This document shows positions 25,069-39,809 of a DNA stretch of 64,000 nucleotides, piece by piece. The stretch is taken from contig OZ024743.1 in NCBI GenBank assembly GCA_964016885.1, forward strand, positions 292,640,001 through 292,704,000, read 5' to 3'. The notes below the pieces were generated by a model that was not told where the DNA came from, ran no database searches, and was given only the letters and a program-made list of their open reading frames with translations. This DNA is from Eledone cirrhosa (taxonomy: Eukaryota). Position numbers and translations under genes: made by a program. Within the stretch, counting starts at the first letter, position 1. Each line of letters begins with the position of its first letter.

Positions 25069-26299
25069 GCGTGTGTGCGTATGTGTGTGTGTGTATCATA
25101 ATATATAGATATACATGGTTCTAATAAAGAGCTATATATCATCAATCGGTGATAGTTTCCTTTCCTTATCTCATATGATAATAGATTATTGTATATTTGT
25201 TTCGCCACTTGTAACAAATATTTTATTACTTCTTTTTAACTTTGTAATCATATTCCGAGATTCTCCTCAAAATGGATTGATGTTTCTTCAGAATGTGTTG
25301 TTTTTAATCACAAGAAATAGATCATCTTTGAATACTTGCAGAAAATTATTAGAAGGAAAACATTTTAAACAATATTTTTATCTCGTTACTTTCAGCTGGG
25401 TTTTTGTTTTTGTCTTTTTATTATAAAAGCAAATTTTCCACCAAATAATTTAAATAAAACTTTTTATTTCTAGCAAACATTTTAGGTAGATTTTGCTTAA
25501 AGATATGTGTGCATTTTTCTTGTAAAACTGCGCCGAATTGACACAGTTGTTAGGCCGTCAGAAACAAAGCTTCTTAGTATTTGTTCCGACTCTTGTCAAT
25601 GTATATTTTGCATTTCGATATTGGTAAAAAGGATGTCCAGAGGCTGTGGATTGGCATAATTCTTAAACTGACAACATCTGTTCGACTTTGTGCGTTCTAA
25701 GATCAAATCCTGTCTGCTTATATGGAAAAGTGGTAATGATTCTGGCAGGTGTTGTGCCCTACAAATTGCATCACCAATAGAAACAATTATCCTGTTTGAT
25801 CTGAAAAATCGGCCTCTTTTTTTTATTTTGTTCTTGAAAGAATGCATAGGTTGTGCATTTAAAGGTTTACAATTTATGTTTAGAAAGGACTATAAGAAAT
25901 AGCTGTTTTTTTTATTAATACAGATATATGTATATTTGTGTATAAACAAATTAACTGAACAAAACACTTAAGAGGTACTGTAGAGTTATATTATTATTTT
26001 TTTAAAGGTGACGTCAATATGTTATAAGAAAGAAAAGGTGATGGTCGTTAGTTAAAATTGTGAGAATCTACAGATGACTGGAAGCTGAAAATTGTTGCAG
26101 ATCATGAAAAGAAGGAAAATATACATTCAATCACGAAGGAAAGTAGGACATTTGCGGAAGTATTGGGAATACATTTTGTAAATATTGATGATTATGCATT
26201 CAAGGCTACAAAAAATATCAAAATATTGGCGAAACATGAAGGCAAACGGAAACTGTGCGCTAAATGTCGGCAAACCCACTACTTGGGCAGTACATCAAT

Positions 26300-26915
26300 T
26301 TCTCACTAATCAGAGGCTGCGGATTTCTGGGCTAAAAGCAAAGAGTAAGGGGCTTCATTTTGGGTGTACACATATTTCAGGGTGCACCTTAATATAATCA
26401 GAAATAGAATTGACCATTAACCACCTGGTTTTAGGCTGCAAATTATTAGCTGCCCAGAATTATAAAAGGAGACATGATAGAGTGGAGCAATATTTACATT
26501 GCGTAATATGCAAGTTTTATGGCTTACATTGAGAGGGAAATAATACAAGTATCACCCAGATGCAGTAACAAAAGACGAGGATGTGACAATCCTATTTGAT
26601 ATCTCTGTGAACACCAACAGAACGATCAAGACTTATATACCTGATATAAATGTGAAGGACCATAAAAAGGAAAGAAGCAGTTTAATTGACACGAGCATTC
26701 CATTTGATCGTAATATCTTCTGCATAAAGTTTCGAAATCCCAGTAAATATAAAATATCTTATTATGAGAATAGAGAAAATCTTATAGTCGCTGCACTTGG
26801 AATGATAAAAAAGGGAACAGAAAGTATTTGGACCAGATAATTGTAAAGCCACCTCTGCAAGAGATACAGAAAATAGTGCTGACTATGTCCTGGGAAGGGC
26901 ATTATCAATTTAAAT
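26300..26915 (+). mobile_element. Old R4/NeSL-like LINE 3' remnant (Zn knuckle + restriction-like endonuclease)
   Basis: INHLVLGCKLLAAQNYKRRHDRV, PDINVKD..SLIDTSIP, IVAALGMIKKG, LQEIQKIVL across broken frames. Confidence 0.7.
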
Positions 26916-27068
26916 AACTTGTAAAACATTTACTGTTTTGTTCATGTTCTTATGTATGGTAGCTGATTGTAAAATGTATTACAAGATTTTGCCTGGGGTT
27001 TCAGGTTGACACACGCAAATTTTGGGTAAGAAGGAGAATTTAAAGGAAGTTTCATATGATAATAATAA

Positions 27069-27199
27069 TAATTGTTTCTACTTTTGGCACAGTGCATAGT
27101 ACAGGAACAAGGCTAGCAAATTTGGAGGATGGGAATGTCGATTAAATCGGCCGCGGTGCATTACTGGTGCTTTATTTTATTGACCCCGTAAGGATGAAA
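27069..27199 (-). mobile_element. SINE 3' portion, related subfamily
   Basis: Tail ttgtttctacttttggcac and body ctttattttattgaccccgtaaggatgaaa. Confidence 0.7.
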
Positions 27200-28142
27200 T
27201 GATTTCTTTATTAACCACACAGGGCTTACATTAAGAGGACAATAAGGACGGTACAGAATGGTACATTGTGTGTTTTTTGTATGAGATAAAGTTTTATAAA
27301 GCAGACTAAAAAAATAAACATTTAAAAATAAAACATAAATTCCACAAAAGTGAGGGTACATGGTAGCCGTGATCGTTTCGGCAAGTATCTTCTCTCAGAT
27401 GTTTTACTCCAATTTACAAATGCATGCTAAGGGCAAGCCCATTGACTCTCTTCTCTTTTCTCTCCCTATTCAGCATCTTCTCTCTCTCTCTCTCTCTCCC
27501 TCTCTCTCTTTCTATCTATATATATATCTCTCTCTCTCTATCTTTCTCTCTCTCTTGCTCGCTTGACCCTTCCTTCTATTCCACATCCTCTTTGTTTCTC
27601 TCATTATCCTTCTATCATTTCCTTCCTCCCTATAAACAATATCCCACCCCTTTGTCTTTTTTCTCTGAACTGTTATAGGTCGCAGACCCTTTTCCTGCAG
27701 CTCCACAATCCGATCACATTCCTCCGACGAAAATTAAGTTTTTCGATTTTTCAATCTTTCTATAGTGTACGTTTTACATGCTAAGTCCATTGACTATTTA
27801 TTTCTATTAGAAATGTATGTATTTATTTCTGTTTTTGTCGAAAGACACCCGCAAATTTCCTTGCCCATTCATTATTTTCGTTATCATCGCACATGAATCT
27901 TATCAAAAAATCGGCTCTCTAGTCTGCTGAACTAAATAGCATTACAAGTGCTGATTGGATAAAGATCCAGTTGTCTGTCTTCTATAAATTTGTGCACTGT
28001 CTGTTGAACTATATATATGATTTATTTTTAATAAAACTGTTTTAATCCTGTAAAAGTCATTTCTACATTAAACTTGATGTTTAAACTGTAATACTGTATT
28101 GAGGATCTTACTAACTGTGGTTACCCGCCGATTGGAACCGGG

Positions 28143-28214
<72 letters not shown>

Positions 28215-28227
28215 TTATATATATATA

Positions 28228-28639
28228 CTAGACTGCCCGTGCCCCGTTGGGTCAGGTTGACATAAAAATCTTTTTTTAAATCATGTTCACTTAAAAATAA
28301 TATTTATATAATAAAATATACAGACATGTATATAATGTAAATTAAAATTGGAAGTATGTGACCGATAAACACTGGACACAGACACGCACACATATATATA
28401 CACACACACATATATATATATACACACACACACACATACACATCCTGTCCTAACACAAGTTATATGATACATATGACTTAAAATTCAGTCACCAAATTCG
28501 AGCTCGATACAGTCATCCTGCATTCGATTCAATGAAGCCACGTGTTATAGTTTCATTCAACAACACCCTAACTGAGAGATCAGTTTGACAATAGCCACCG
28601 ACGAGTGTGACCAAATTGTAAAATCATAATATTATAAGA
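28228..28639 (-). mobile_element. Short non-autonomous Helitron
   Basis: Minus strand starts A|TCttataat and ends cacgggcagtCTAG|T; GC-rich degenerate hairpin just before CTAG; no TSD. Confidence 0.62.
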
Positions 28640-28809
28640 TTAAATCAAATTAATTAGAACTACAAATGAAGTAAATCTTTTCCTTTTTTTAAATATACCT
28701 AACTGTACCAAGGATTTCACACATTTTCCTATATATATATATTTATCCTTATCGACCCCTCTTTGGATTTTAGTCTTCAAATTTATTAGTATTACTATAT
28801 ATATATATA

Positions 28810-28997
28810 GGCGGTGGATTGGCAGTATCGGTAGAGGATCGGACGCCATGCTTTCCAGCATAGTTACGTCCCTTTACGATCTGAGTTCAAATCCCGCCGA
28901 GGTTGACTTTGCCTTTCATCCTTACGGGGTCGATAAAATAAAGTACCAGTAATGCACTGGGTAATTGCTGGCCTTGTGCCTAAAGTAGAAACAATTA
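28810..28997 (+). mobile_element. tRNA-derived SINE
   Basis: Full-length family copy. Confidence 0.92.
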
Positions 28998-29012
28998 CTA
29001 TATATATATATA

Positions 29013-32000
29013 TTGTCCCCCACCCACACTCTCAAGCGTGAACCTAATACTAACACTTTGTACTGCACTCTTCGTTATTGATTTTGTTTTTGTTTTAACT
29101 TATAACTGCCACACCAACTGCTAGTAATGGACCACTGCTCTCTCTCCCACCACAGTTGTCATCATCATCATCACCACCAATGCTTTCTTCCTCCACATCA
29201 CCACCATAGCCATGCCATAGTCAAAAGAACTATAAAAAAAAGTTCTATGGAGCTGTATGCACCTCCTCCCACTATACATACTAGAAACCCCCAAATATGC
29301 CGCTACTCACTGCGTCAGAGGCTATGCACACGTAGCGACTGTATATTTACCAATTTACCTGGTACTAGGCGCACTAACACTGCCAGCCATCACCAAAGCA
29401 CACTGCCTGCACGTATAGGTCGCAGTCCCAAAATCTGCCATCATTCCCAACATGAGATGCTATGTCTGCTGACTGACTGTCCCTTCACTCATCTTCCTTG
29501 GACACAACGCACGAACAGAAAAGGGGCTTCATGCCAACCACAAAACACAATAAAGCCACCCCTGCTGCTCCAGTCTCCTCACAAAGACATGATTACAACA
29601 ACAAAAGTAATGCTGCTCCAGTCTTGTCACAAAGACACGATCACAACAACAACAAATACAACGACAAAAAAAATAACGCTGCTCCAGTCTTTTCACAAAG
29701 ACACAATTACAACAAATACAACAACAACAACAAAAGAGGGAACTGCAACCCTATCCAATGTTGTAACCACCAATTCAATCAAAAACTGCTCCCTGAACAA
29801 AAAAAGAAATATTTATTTTTTAGCCATGAACCTGGCAAAAGAGATAGAGAAAAACATTTTAGCCATCACCCAACACCAACCTTGCTGTCACTAACACACA
29901 ATCACAAAACAAGCCCCCTGCAACAGTCAAAACCAACCACCACACTAGCCTCCACATTCTTACTCAATACACAAGGTATCAGCCCATCCATCAATGCACA
30001 GAAATGGAAGATCCAATTCATTGAGGATTGGGTTGGTAACCATCGATTTCACATCCCCGTCTTCATTCTTACTGAGACCCACCTTGACAACTCCCACTTG
30101 GAGGCCGAAGTAAGAGTGAGAAATTTCACAACCATCCGTGCGGATTGTGTTGGCAGAAGGAAGGGTGGAACTGCCATTTTCCTGCATGATTCCTTTACGG
30201 CAGATGACAACACAACATTCTGTAATGGATACTGTGAATCAGTCACTGTGCACAATAAAGCCGATGACCTGACATTAGTTGTAGTTGGGCTCTATAGGCC
30301 GCCACAAACACCCATAATCTGTTTCAAAGAATGCCTCAACAGTATTAAATGCTTTATCAAACAGTGCCATTCTAGCAACATACTTTTGATGGGAGACTTT
30401 AATCTACCCTGTGTCGATTGATCTACATGTAGTTTGAAACCAGGCTCCACAGCCTCAACCACTGACAAAGAGGCTGTCGAGTCACTTCTTGACTTCATGA
30501 ATGAGTTTTTCTTGTCACAACTTGTCCTTGCACCAACGAGGCTTCAGAAGAACATTCTGGATCTAGTGTTTAGTAACCACACTAACACTATACATAATAT
30601 TACAGTGGAAAAAACCCTTCTCTCAGACCATGACATGGTTCTTTGTAACCTGAGATTCCACCAGCCGAAAACTAATCCCAGGTTCCTCTCTCCAGCCCAC
30701 CCATTTGATAACATGGATCTCTACAATGCCAACTGGGATGCAATTATGAACGAACTATCACATGTCGACTGGTCTTTTACACACGCACACACTTCCACCA
30801 ACATCAAAACATCTTGGCAGATCTTTGTAGACACTGTCACAAATATATGTACAAAACACACCCCATCAAAACCTGTGAAAAAAACCAAGTGCAGTATCCC
30901 CCAAAACAGAAAAACAATTATCAGAAAAATAAAAAGAACAAACAAAAAAATCAACACACTAAAATACTGTCAACAGAAACACAAACATTCAATAGCTATC
31001 ACCCTGCTTGTGTCAAAAAAATATAACCGCCAGCAATGCATGATGACCATCATCAATAACCAGATAATAGCTGAAGAGAGGTGGGCCATTCAGAAAATAA
31101 AACCCAACCCCAAAGTATTCTTTTCATTCGCTAAAAAACACAAGGTGACCATCTCTACTGTTGGCCCCCTAGTTGATGAAAATGGCACACTCCAGAACAA
31201 TACCAAAACCATGGGCGAGATACAGCAGAAACAATACTGCTCTGTTTTCAGCAATCCTGATATGGCCGATCTGGGCCGTATCAGTGATATTAACCCCCAA
31301 CACACTATACCAGACATAACGTTTGGCGCCCCTGATGTCTTAGCGGCAATAAACGAAATTAAACACAATTCAGCAGTAGGCCCCGACAGGTTCCCTGCTT
31401 GTGTCCTGAAGGTGTGTCGACACCAACTTGCAACTCCTCTTGCTAATCTGTGGAGGAACTCACTGGACACTGGCTATATTCCTGAAAACTTTCTGTCCCA
31501 GTCCGTTGTCCCAGGCTTCAAAAAGGGAAATAAGTCCCTTGCAGTGAACTATCGTCCGATCTCACTCACCTCTCATATTATCAAGGTATTTGAGAGGGTG
31601 GTGAGATCACGAATAACCCACTTTCTTGAAAGCAACGGCCTGCTGAACTCCAACCAACATGGGTTCCGTAATGGAAGGGATTGCCTAACGCAGCTCCTGC
31701 ATCACTTTGACGATGTTTTGAGAGTCTTGGGAGAGGGCTCCAACACTGATGTCATCTACCTTGATTTCAGCAAGGCCTTCGACAGGGCTGATCATCAGAT
31801 TCTACTGAAAAAACTATCCAATGTTGGTGTCTCTGGAAGGTTACTACAGGGGATCAAATGTTTCCTGACAGGCAGAACCCAGCATGTTGTAGTCGAAGGA
31901 GTACAATCAAGCCCTGCCAAAGTCCGCAGTGGCGTCCCACAAGGCGCTGTGTTGGGCCCACTTCTTTTCATCATCTACATTAATGACATTAATGACATCA

Positions 32001-32998
32001 TCAAACACAGTAACATCATAATCTTCGCAGATGATTCCAAGCTCCAAAGAGTCATCAATGAGGTGGGTGACCGGACTTGCCTTCAGTCAGACCTACTGGC
32101 TGTTATCCAATGGGTAGAGATGAATAATATGCTGTTGAATGAGGATAAATTTGAACTAATCCACTTTGGAAAAAAGGATGCTCTGAAACTACCATACTCT
32201 CTTCCTTCGGGTGAAACTCTGGTGGCTTCCAATAACATCAGAGACCTGGGAGTAATTGTTGACAACAATATAAGCCGGGCTACTCATATAAACAGCAAAG
32301 TTGATATGGCCCGCAGAATGTGTTCCTGAATTCTCAGAACTTTCCAGTCGAGAGATATCCACACTGTTGTCCTTCTCTTCTCCACTTTTGCCCGACCCCA
32401 CCTTGAATACTGTTGTCCACTGTGGTCACCCCACACGAAACAAAGTATCATGAAAGTTGAAGCAGCCCAAATGTCAATTACAAAAATGATAGTTGGCATG
32501 ACAGGCTTTGACTATTGGGGTCGATTAGAAAAGCTCAAACTTTATTCTCTTCAACGTCGCCGTGAGCGCTACATTATCTGTATGATGTGGAAAATATTCC
32601 ATCAGTTTAGCCCAAATGATGTTGGCATCATCTTTAGTGTACACCCAAGGCTTGGGCCCCGTGCTATCCGCCCAGGACAAAAATCCCACTCGCATCACAT
32701 GACAACAATACGGCACAATTATTTCACCTCAATTGGCCTTGCACTCTTTAACATTACACCAAAACACATCAAAGCAGAGACAGACCCCATCAAGTTCAAG
32801 AAGTCTTTGGATAAATTCCTTCAAGAAATCCCGGATAAGCCTCCTACACCCGGATATGCCTCCATAAACAATAACTCTCTGTTCGAGTGGGCCATGGTGC
32901 CCAAACACTGATTTGTAAGACTTCGCCAGGTGGTGCTATTAAGTTAGACATAGCCTGGGCCAATAATGGCCGAAACCTATCAAAGTTATCAAAGTTAT
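29013..32998 (+). mobile_element. CR1-clade LINE, near full length, in (TA)n
   Basis: CCCH-like ORF1, APE and RT, 3' end atcaaagtt-atcaaagtt; (TA)n on both sides. Confidence 0.9.
29950..32911 (+). pseudogene. CR1 ORF2 (APE + RT), one frame with two premature TGA stops
   Basis: LTETHL, YRPP, MGDFN, LDLVF, SDHD; NYRPISLTS, QHGFRNGR, YLDFSKAFD, SGVPQGAVLGPLLF, FADD. ORFs at 29498, 30434 and 32450 share a frame. Confidence 0.92.
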
Positions 32999-33099
32999 AT
33001 ATATATATATATATATATATGAGAATAAACGTGCTGCGTGGTTGATAGCGATGAAATACTAATGATGGTTGGAAGATCACTGATGAAGGACTAACTTTA

Positions 33100-33162
<63 letters not shown>

Positions 33163-33819
33163 TTTGTGCGTGTATGTATGTTTATGTGTAAATCGTCCAG
33201 TCAACACATTCTGTAATGTATTAAAGTTTTTAACTCTTTTTTTGTCCATCTTTACATAGAATTTTTTTTATAAATCACATTTTTTTTATTCATATCATAA
33301 TGAATATTTACTAAGTTTTCTGTCGTCACTAGCTTTACAAACCACAAAATGTCCTATCAATATGAAAATATAGTTACTATAATGTTTAAAATCCCTTTTT
33401 AGAACGTTTTTTTATGTCCCTTATTTTTTTAATTGAATTACTTACTAGAAGCAACCCAAATTCGAAATTTATACTTATTTTATTTATCACGATTCTTTTT
33501 AAAGTCTTTTGTATTTAACTTACCTCAGTATACATTAGTTGTATGTAACGGAATGGATTTTTTTATAGCAAGCAAAATATGCTGAATCACTGCCTTTTAG
33601 TAGCTTAAATGGATAAATCCTGCCACATATATTTTTATCGAGCCATTTATATTGTTTTTTTCTTTTATTTATTGTAAAAATAAAACGGGAAAAATATACT
33701 TTTTTATTACAATACTTTTCACTTGCTTTTTCTATAGTATATGAAATAGCTTGAATATATCTAATAATAACGGTATAAATTCTCACTACCTATTCAAGTA
33801 TTATAGTTTTCCTCTTTAC

Positions 33820-33889
<70 letters not shown>

Positions 33890-35112
33890 TAAATGTTGTA
33901 GACGTCTGCTTTAAAAAAGAACTCGGTTATTTTTCCACTTCAAACTTTTCATAAATACGATAAATCTTTTAAAAATATAATATAATATAATATAATATGA
34001 TAGCTTAACATTCGCTTTACAATATTATATTTTCTCATTTCTCGTCAAAAATATTAGTTGTTAATAAATTCTGGCCTTTTCAAATTTCGAATAATTGTTA
34101 TGCATCTGTCCATGTACTGAATATTTCTGCCATTTTCATGGGTTTTGCTTTTAATATTTGTTTTGTTTTGATTTTTTAGTTTGTTTTCTGATAATTCTTC
34201 CAACCTAGTCAATCTATTGATCATTCCGCCAATTATTTAACATACTGATATATAACATGTTTATATATAACTACATGACACCATAGGTAGTACTAATACG
34301 TTGTGTGTGAAATTTCGCAGACGTAATCGGCTGAATCCCATCGTATATAAGGCGTAGTGTATGTTTGTGCCTTCTAACACATTCTACATTATTTAAAGAG
34401 TACAGTTTCAAATGTTTATATTTCAACATGACCTCCACAAAAATGTTAAAATGAAACGGTTTCCTTTCGCCATGGCTGGTCATGCAATTTCCGACCATAA
34501 TAGACTGGTCATGGATTTGACTCTTTAAACTGAAACCCCGAGCACGATATTTTCTAAAAAAAACTAGCATTCAAGTCTCTCCTTTCCAAGTTATCGAAGA
34601 TTTCCAAACGAAATGCAAAGATCGATACAACTTGACACTAATGTAGTCACAAACTATTTCTAGATGATAGACTGTGGCAATGTAAAATTAAGTGACTTCT
34701 TCAGAGAAACAACACACCACCCGAAACTAGAATAAAACTCGTGACTTTATGATTGTCATACCCTTTAAGACATGTGTCTATACTACTATGATGTACACAA
34801 ACCATGATACGATTCTGGTTTGCAGCTTTATTTTAGCTGTACGATGAGTCACATAATTATTTTAGACTGCAAGTCATCTTGAATAAACTACAGTCCTTAT
34901 TCGTCCTCATAAAATAAAATTCAAATAATTATTCATTTTTTGAAATTTAATAATCAATTACAATAAACTTTTTGATTGATGCCCATAAAATAAACTACTA
35001 AATCTTCGTTACAGTTTGATTTTATCGTATATTGAAATAAAATCATAAAACTTTAGAATACAAGGACATTTTAGTGATCCTATTTGTACACATTTATGTA
35101 CCTATACACGCA

Positions 35113-35246
<134 letters not shown>

Positions 35247-35939
35247 GAAAGAAAGAGAGAGAGAGATAATTAGATCGATATTCCTGTCATTCTTTTCCAT
35301 CAAACCCATCATAATTTGCTACCTTGCATCCGATGCGACCACAACCTTTCTACTCTTACTCATTCTCAGGCGGAGAAAATGTGTTACGGTATTTATTGCG
35401 GCTCCCTGTGCTCTGTGTTCAAATCAAGTCAAAGTCAATTTTGCTTTTCCTCCTTTTGAGGTCGATAAAATAAAGAAGCAATCTAATGTAGTCGACTGAA
35501 GGAATTGTTACAATGTTAGACGAGAAGTCTTGTAGCACTTGTTTTGATTATTTGTGTTCTGACTTTAAATCCCGCTGAGGCCTACCTGAATGGTGACCTG
35601 GTCTGTCGCCAGATTTGGCGCCATCAGATGGCTCTTAGGTTCTTTTAGCGCCCTCAACAACACTGTAAATATTCATGCCAGGTCACTAGTTTGGGGATAC
35701 ATTCTTTCTTGCACCTCATCTGAATAATGTTCTAGTAAAACCTATGCGTGGGTAAGAAGAAAAAGCCAGCATTATAACAGTGCTCTAATGAAAATTAGCT
35801 TATAAAAAATATATTACCATCAAAATGTGGGATGAAGAGAGAGAAATAAAGAATAGAAAGCAGAAGAAGAGAAAAATACGAAGAAACTTTGAAAATCGGG
35901 AACATGCTTAGCAACACTATAAGTGACTTGAGACCTAGT

Positions 35940-36510
35940 TAAGCACTAGGAGTGTGTATGTATGGACCCTTAATTCCAGCTTTGTCACGCTAATTCAAAC
36001 TTGACAATTACAAGCCAAATGGGAAATTCTGTAATTTGTCACTTGATCTGCTAAAAATAGCAAACATATCTTCTTCGAGGAGAAATGGTTGGACAAACAC
36101 AAACGAACCAATGAATGGTTTCGGAAACAAGTGGAAGAAAGAAATTGGCAGCACAGAAGCACCTGCTGAAGATAGTACAAGATCGCAAGCTGAAATATTT
36201 TGGAGATGTAGTGAGATACACTAAGGATTTTAGACTGTCGATCACATGGACGTGTGCCAGACACCAAGGGAAGAGGGACCCTAAGAATTTGGGGTTGGGG
36301 AGCACAGTAATACATAAACATGTGCCAGACACCAAGGAAAGAGAGACACTAAGAATTTGAGGCTGGTGAGTACTCTAATACATGGCTGAATGCCAGGCAA
36401 CAGAAGATGGGGTAAGCCAAGAATATCCTAGATAAATGACATCTCCACATAATCCTACTGGAGTCCCTGGGAGGAGAATGGTCGTGAATATGACGGCTTG
36501 CGATGATTAC
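35940..36510 (+). mobile_element. Degenerate RTE-like LINE 3' remnant
   Basis: LLKIVQDRKLKYFGDVVR motif typical of RTE C-termini. Confidence 0.5.
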
Positions 36511-37149
36511 CCTTTTCAAGTTAGACACTACTATCTGAAAAATATAGTAATGTATTCGGTGATGTTTGGCCTAAACATAGCTAGAACATATTTCATCATA
36601 GATGTTCGCAGTCAGGGCTAACCTTGGGTTAAACATCCGCAAAAAAAACAACAATTGCATGATTCTACTATAGTCTTCTTCTTTATTTACGCAGGCAATG
36701 TTATAAATAATACCACTCAGGAGAGAAGGCAAACAACACACAAGAGACGCTCATATTTTTTCTGTTTACTTCTTGCTTGGTTTTTATATTTTTCTTGTGT
36801 TTCTATTGTACTATTTCTCATATAATTAATAACATCTGGTTGATTCCTCTGTATTCTAATAAACACGTCTGCAATATCTTAGATTCTGGTAAGTAGATGA
36901 AATTAAATAAGGGAAAACTTGATAATCGGGTACTTGAAACGACAGAACGCACGTGCGCACACACACACACACATACACACATACACACACACAAACACAC
37001 ACACTCACACAAAAACCAACACAAACACATATATACATATATAGACATATACCGGATCACACACACATATGCACACGCATGCTCATACGTATATGTATAG
37101 ATATATATATATATGAGTGTGTGTGTCTCTGGCTCTCAGTGTGCGCGTG

Positions 37150-37252
<103 letters not shown>

Positions 37253-37313
37253 TTACGTATATATGTATATACCTTTATGTGTGTATGTGTGCGTGCGTGT
37301 ATGTATGTGTATA

Positions 37314-37401
<88 letters not shown>

Positions 37402-38238
37402 GAGAAAGCAATAAATATTCGTTGGTTGTCACTAGAATTGAGTTTCAGCAATGTCATATATAAGTAGTAGTTTTGCAGACATCTCTTGTAATATTTGGCA
37501 TCCGTAACCAATTAAAACCTGAGTATAACGGTTTATATTTACTGTCAGTCTTTAATGTTATTACCAAGACAATACGACGCTTGGTATTATGATAGGGAAA
37601 ATAGAAGTACGGGAGTATGAGATAGGAAATAATCTAGGCTAATATCAAGGATAATATCTTAAGCAGATGTAAATCTTATTCTTTTAAGCTTTTATAAATA
37701 TATACGTCGGTAGAGATGATGGATTGTAGACACATCATAGCGCCAGAATAATAAATATTTGCTCTTGTCGACTTTCATTTTGTAATCAAGGCAAGGCGGA
37801 AAGAAATTAACATTTTTATTTTCATCCTTGCAAAAATTAATAAAAAAAACGTACCAGTAATACACAGAGAAATTGATCAATGAGCTACTCTATTGTTCCA
37901 GACATTTGTAGCCTTGTGCTAAAGAAATAAGTGAATATGTCTACAGTTATTAGAAGATGATATAGGTGACGATGATGGAAGAATAGCAGGATAGACCAAC
38001 ATTATTTAAGATGTCTATCAATGGTTCATAATATGTACCTCTGTTATATTCGTTAATTCAATTGAATGTAACCTTTCCACAAAAATATTATGTCTATTTT
38101 AAAGAAGCAATGCCTACATACGAATGGTGGCATTTAGAGTTTCTAATATACGGTATGTTTTCATGAATTTTATATGCATCAATATATATGTATGTGTGTG
38201 TGTTTGTGTGTGTGTATGAGTGATAGAAAGAGAGATAG

Positions 38239-38278
<40 letters not shown>

Positions 38279-38359
38279 TGCTGTAATGCGCTAGCTTCAG
38301 CATTCGGTAGTCAGAAGAGGTAGATGTAAAAGCCAAGCTCGCTACCTTCAATTCTGTAT

Positions 38360-39200
38360 TCTCAATCCCGCCTTCCAGTGGGTCCTGTCAGATGAAACGG
38401 CTTCCAATTGATCCTTCTCGATCCCTAAAAGAGACAAGCCGAGCTCATGGATGTTATCCAATCATCTTGCTGGGGCTCTATCCTTGGGTCACCTGCCGGT
38501 TGATTTTGCTCGTAAAATATATCCAACTATTCTTTCCTGAGACATTCTAACCTCATATCCGTAGTATCGGAGCTGTGAACTCTCAATTTGGAGAAGTACG
38601 GTTCTACCTGGAGGGAGTGGCTTTTACATCAAACTTCCTTCTACTGATGACCGTATGTGAAGCTGGCGCATTACCACACCTGCTCCTTCAATTCTTGCCC
38701 TTAATTGAGACTCTAGACTTCCATTACTCGTGAACACAGCCCAGAGATACTTGAACTTCTCACCATGCTTCAATGGTTCGCCGTTCATATGTAGAGTGCA
38801 ACGTGCAGGCTTCCTTGAGAGGACGAGTGTCTCAGTCTTCACAGAATTGTTTTTCTTTCTTATCCTTATCGTGCAGCACTCGGCAGCAAACCTATCAAGA
38901 GCATAGCGAAAAGCATCTTCTGATGAGTTAAGTAATACCACGTCGTTTGCAGCCGACTGATCCTACAAACGCCAGTCTTGATATTACTTCCAACCATATC
39001 AATCCTGTTCATGAAGATTATTAATAGGAGATGTGACAGAATGCACTTGTTGTGGAGTCTGACACCCGTATTGAATGTTTTGTCTTAGCACTATTCAAAC
39101 ACAAATTATAGGGCATTTATGGAGCAAGAAGAATGTGTCCATCGATTCTATATCCCTGCAGAACCTTCCACAACAGTTCCAGTAGAGTCAGACTTCCCCA
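38360..39200 (-). mobile_element. Degenerate RTE-clade LINE (RT and C-terminus)
   Basis: ALDRFAAEC..KTETLVLSRKP..GEPLKHGEKFKYL in ORF 38624-38941; related to 63375-63760. Confidence 0.75.
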
Positions 39201-39229
39201 ATGGTGTGTACTGTCACCTCTCTTGATCA

Positions 39230-39421
39230 TAATTGTTTCTACTTTTGGCACAAGGCCAGCTATTACCCCAGTGTATTACCGGTACTTTATTTTATCGACC
39301 CCGTAAGGATGAAAGGCAAAGTTAACCTCGGCGGGATTTGAACTCAGAATGGCAAGGGCCGTAACTCAATGCGTCAAAGCATGGCGTCTGACCCTCTAGC
39401 GATACTGCCAATCCACCGCCC
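39230..39421 (-). mobile_element. tRNA-derived SINE with TSD tgatcat
   Basis: Full-length copy; tgatcat at 39224-39230 and 39422-39428. Confidence 0.9.
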
Positions 39422-39778
39422 TGATCATCATGCTCCTGAACAGAAGAGGTGACCTGAGATAAGCACTTACGTTTGAAAAAAATCTACATTATGGAAATTG
39501 ATTCTGCCTGAGCTACACATATATAGACTTGTCAATCTCACTATTCGAAAAACACTGAATCAGCGTTTGAACTGCTGGAATACAATGACGCTACTGTTCA
39601 CAAAGTTAGATCCCAGTTCGTGATGGATACAACAGAGATTAAACAGGATTTCTTTTCCGACTGACATAACTAAACATCGCGAATCATTTGGCCCGTTAAT
39701 CTACCGATCTGCCGTTCCTCGGCAATCTTTTTTTAGTATATATTGTAGTGAATAAAACATTAAATAATTATATATAAT

Positions 39779-39809
<31 letters not shown>

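Noticed and set aside
25596-25847. 83-aa minus-strand ORF with an acceptor-like ttttcag
   Set aside because: No recognisable domain or partner exons; a host exon cannot be supported or excluded without RNA-seq
27203-27450. Possible further Tx1 3' end (tttctttattaaccacacaggg)
   Set aside because: Similarity limited to about 25 nt; no coding remnant
28810-28900. SINE heads as tRNA genes
   Set aside because: A/B boxes are present but fused to a fixed SINE body and tail; no clean cloverleaf
33020-33103. cactgatgaagg between two (TA)n tracts
   Set aside because: Only a 5' half-core; nothing downstream completes a hammerhead
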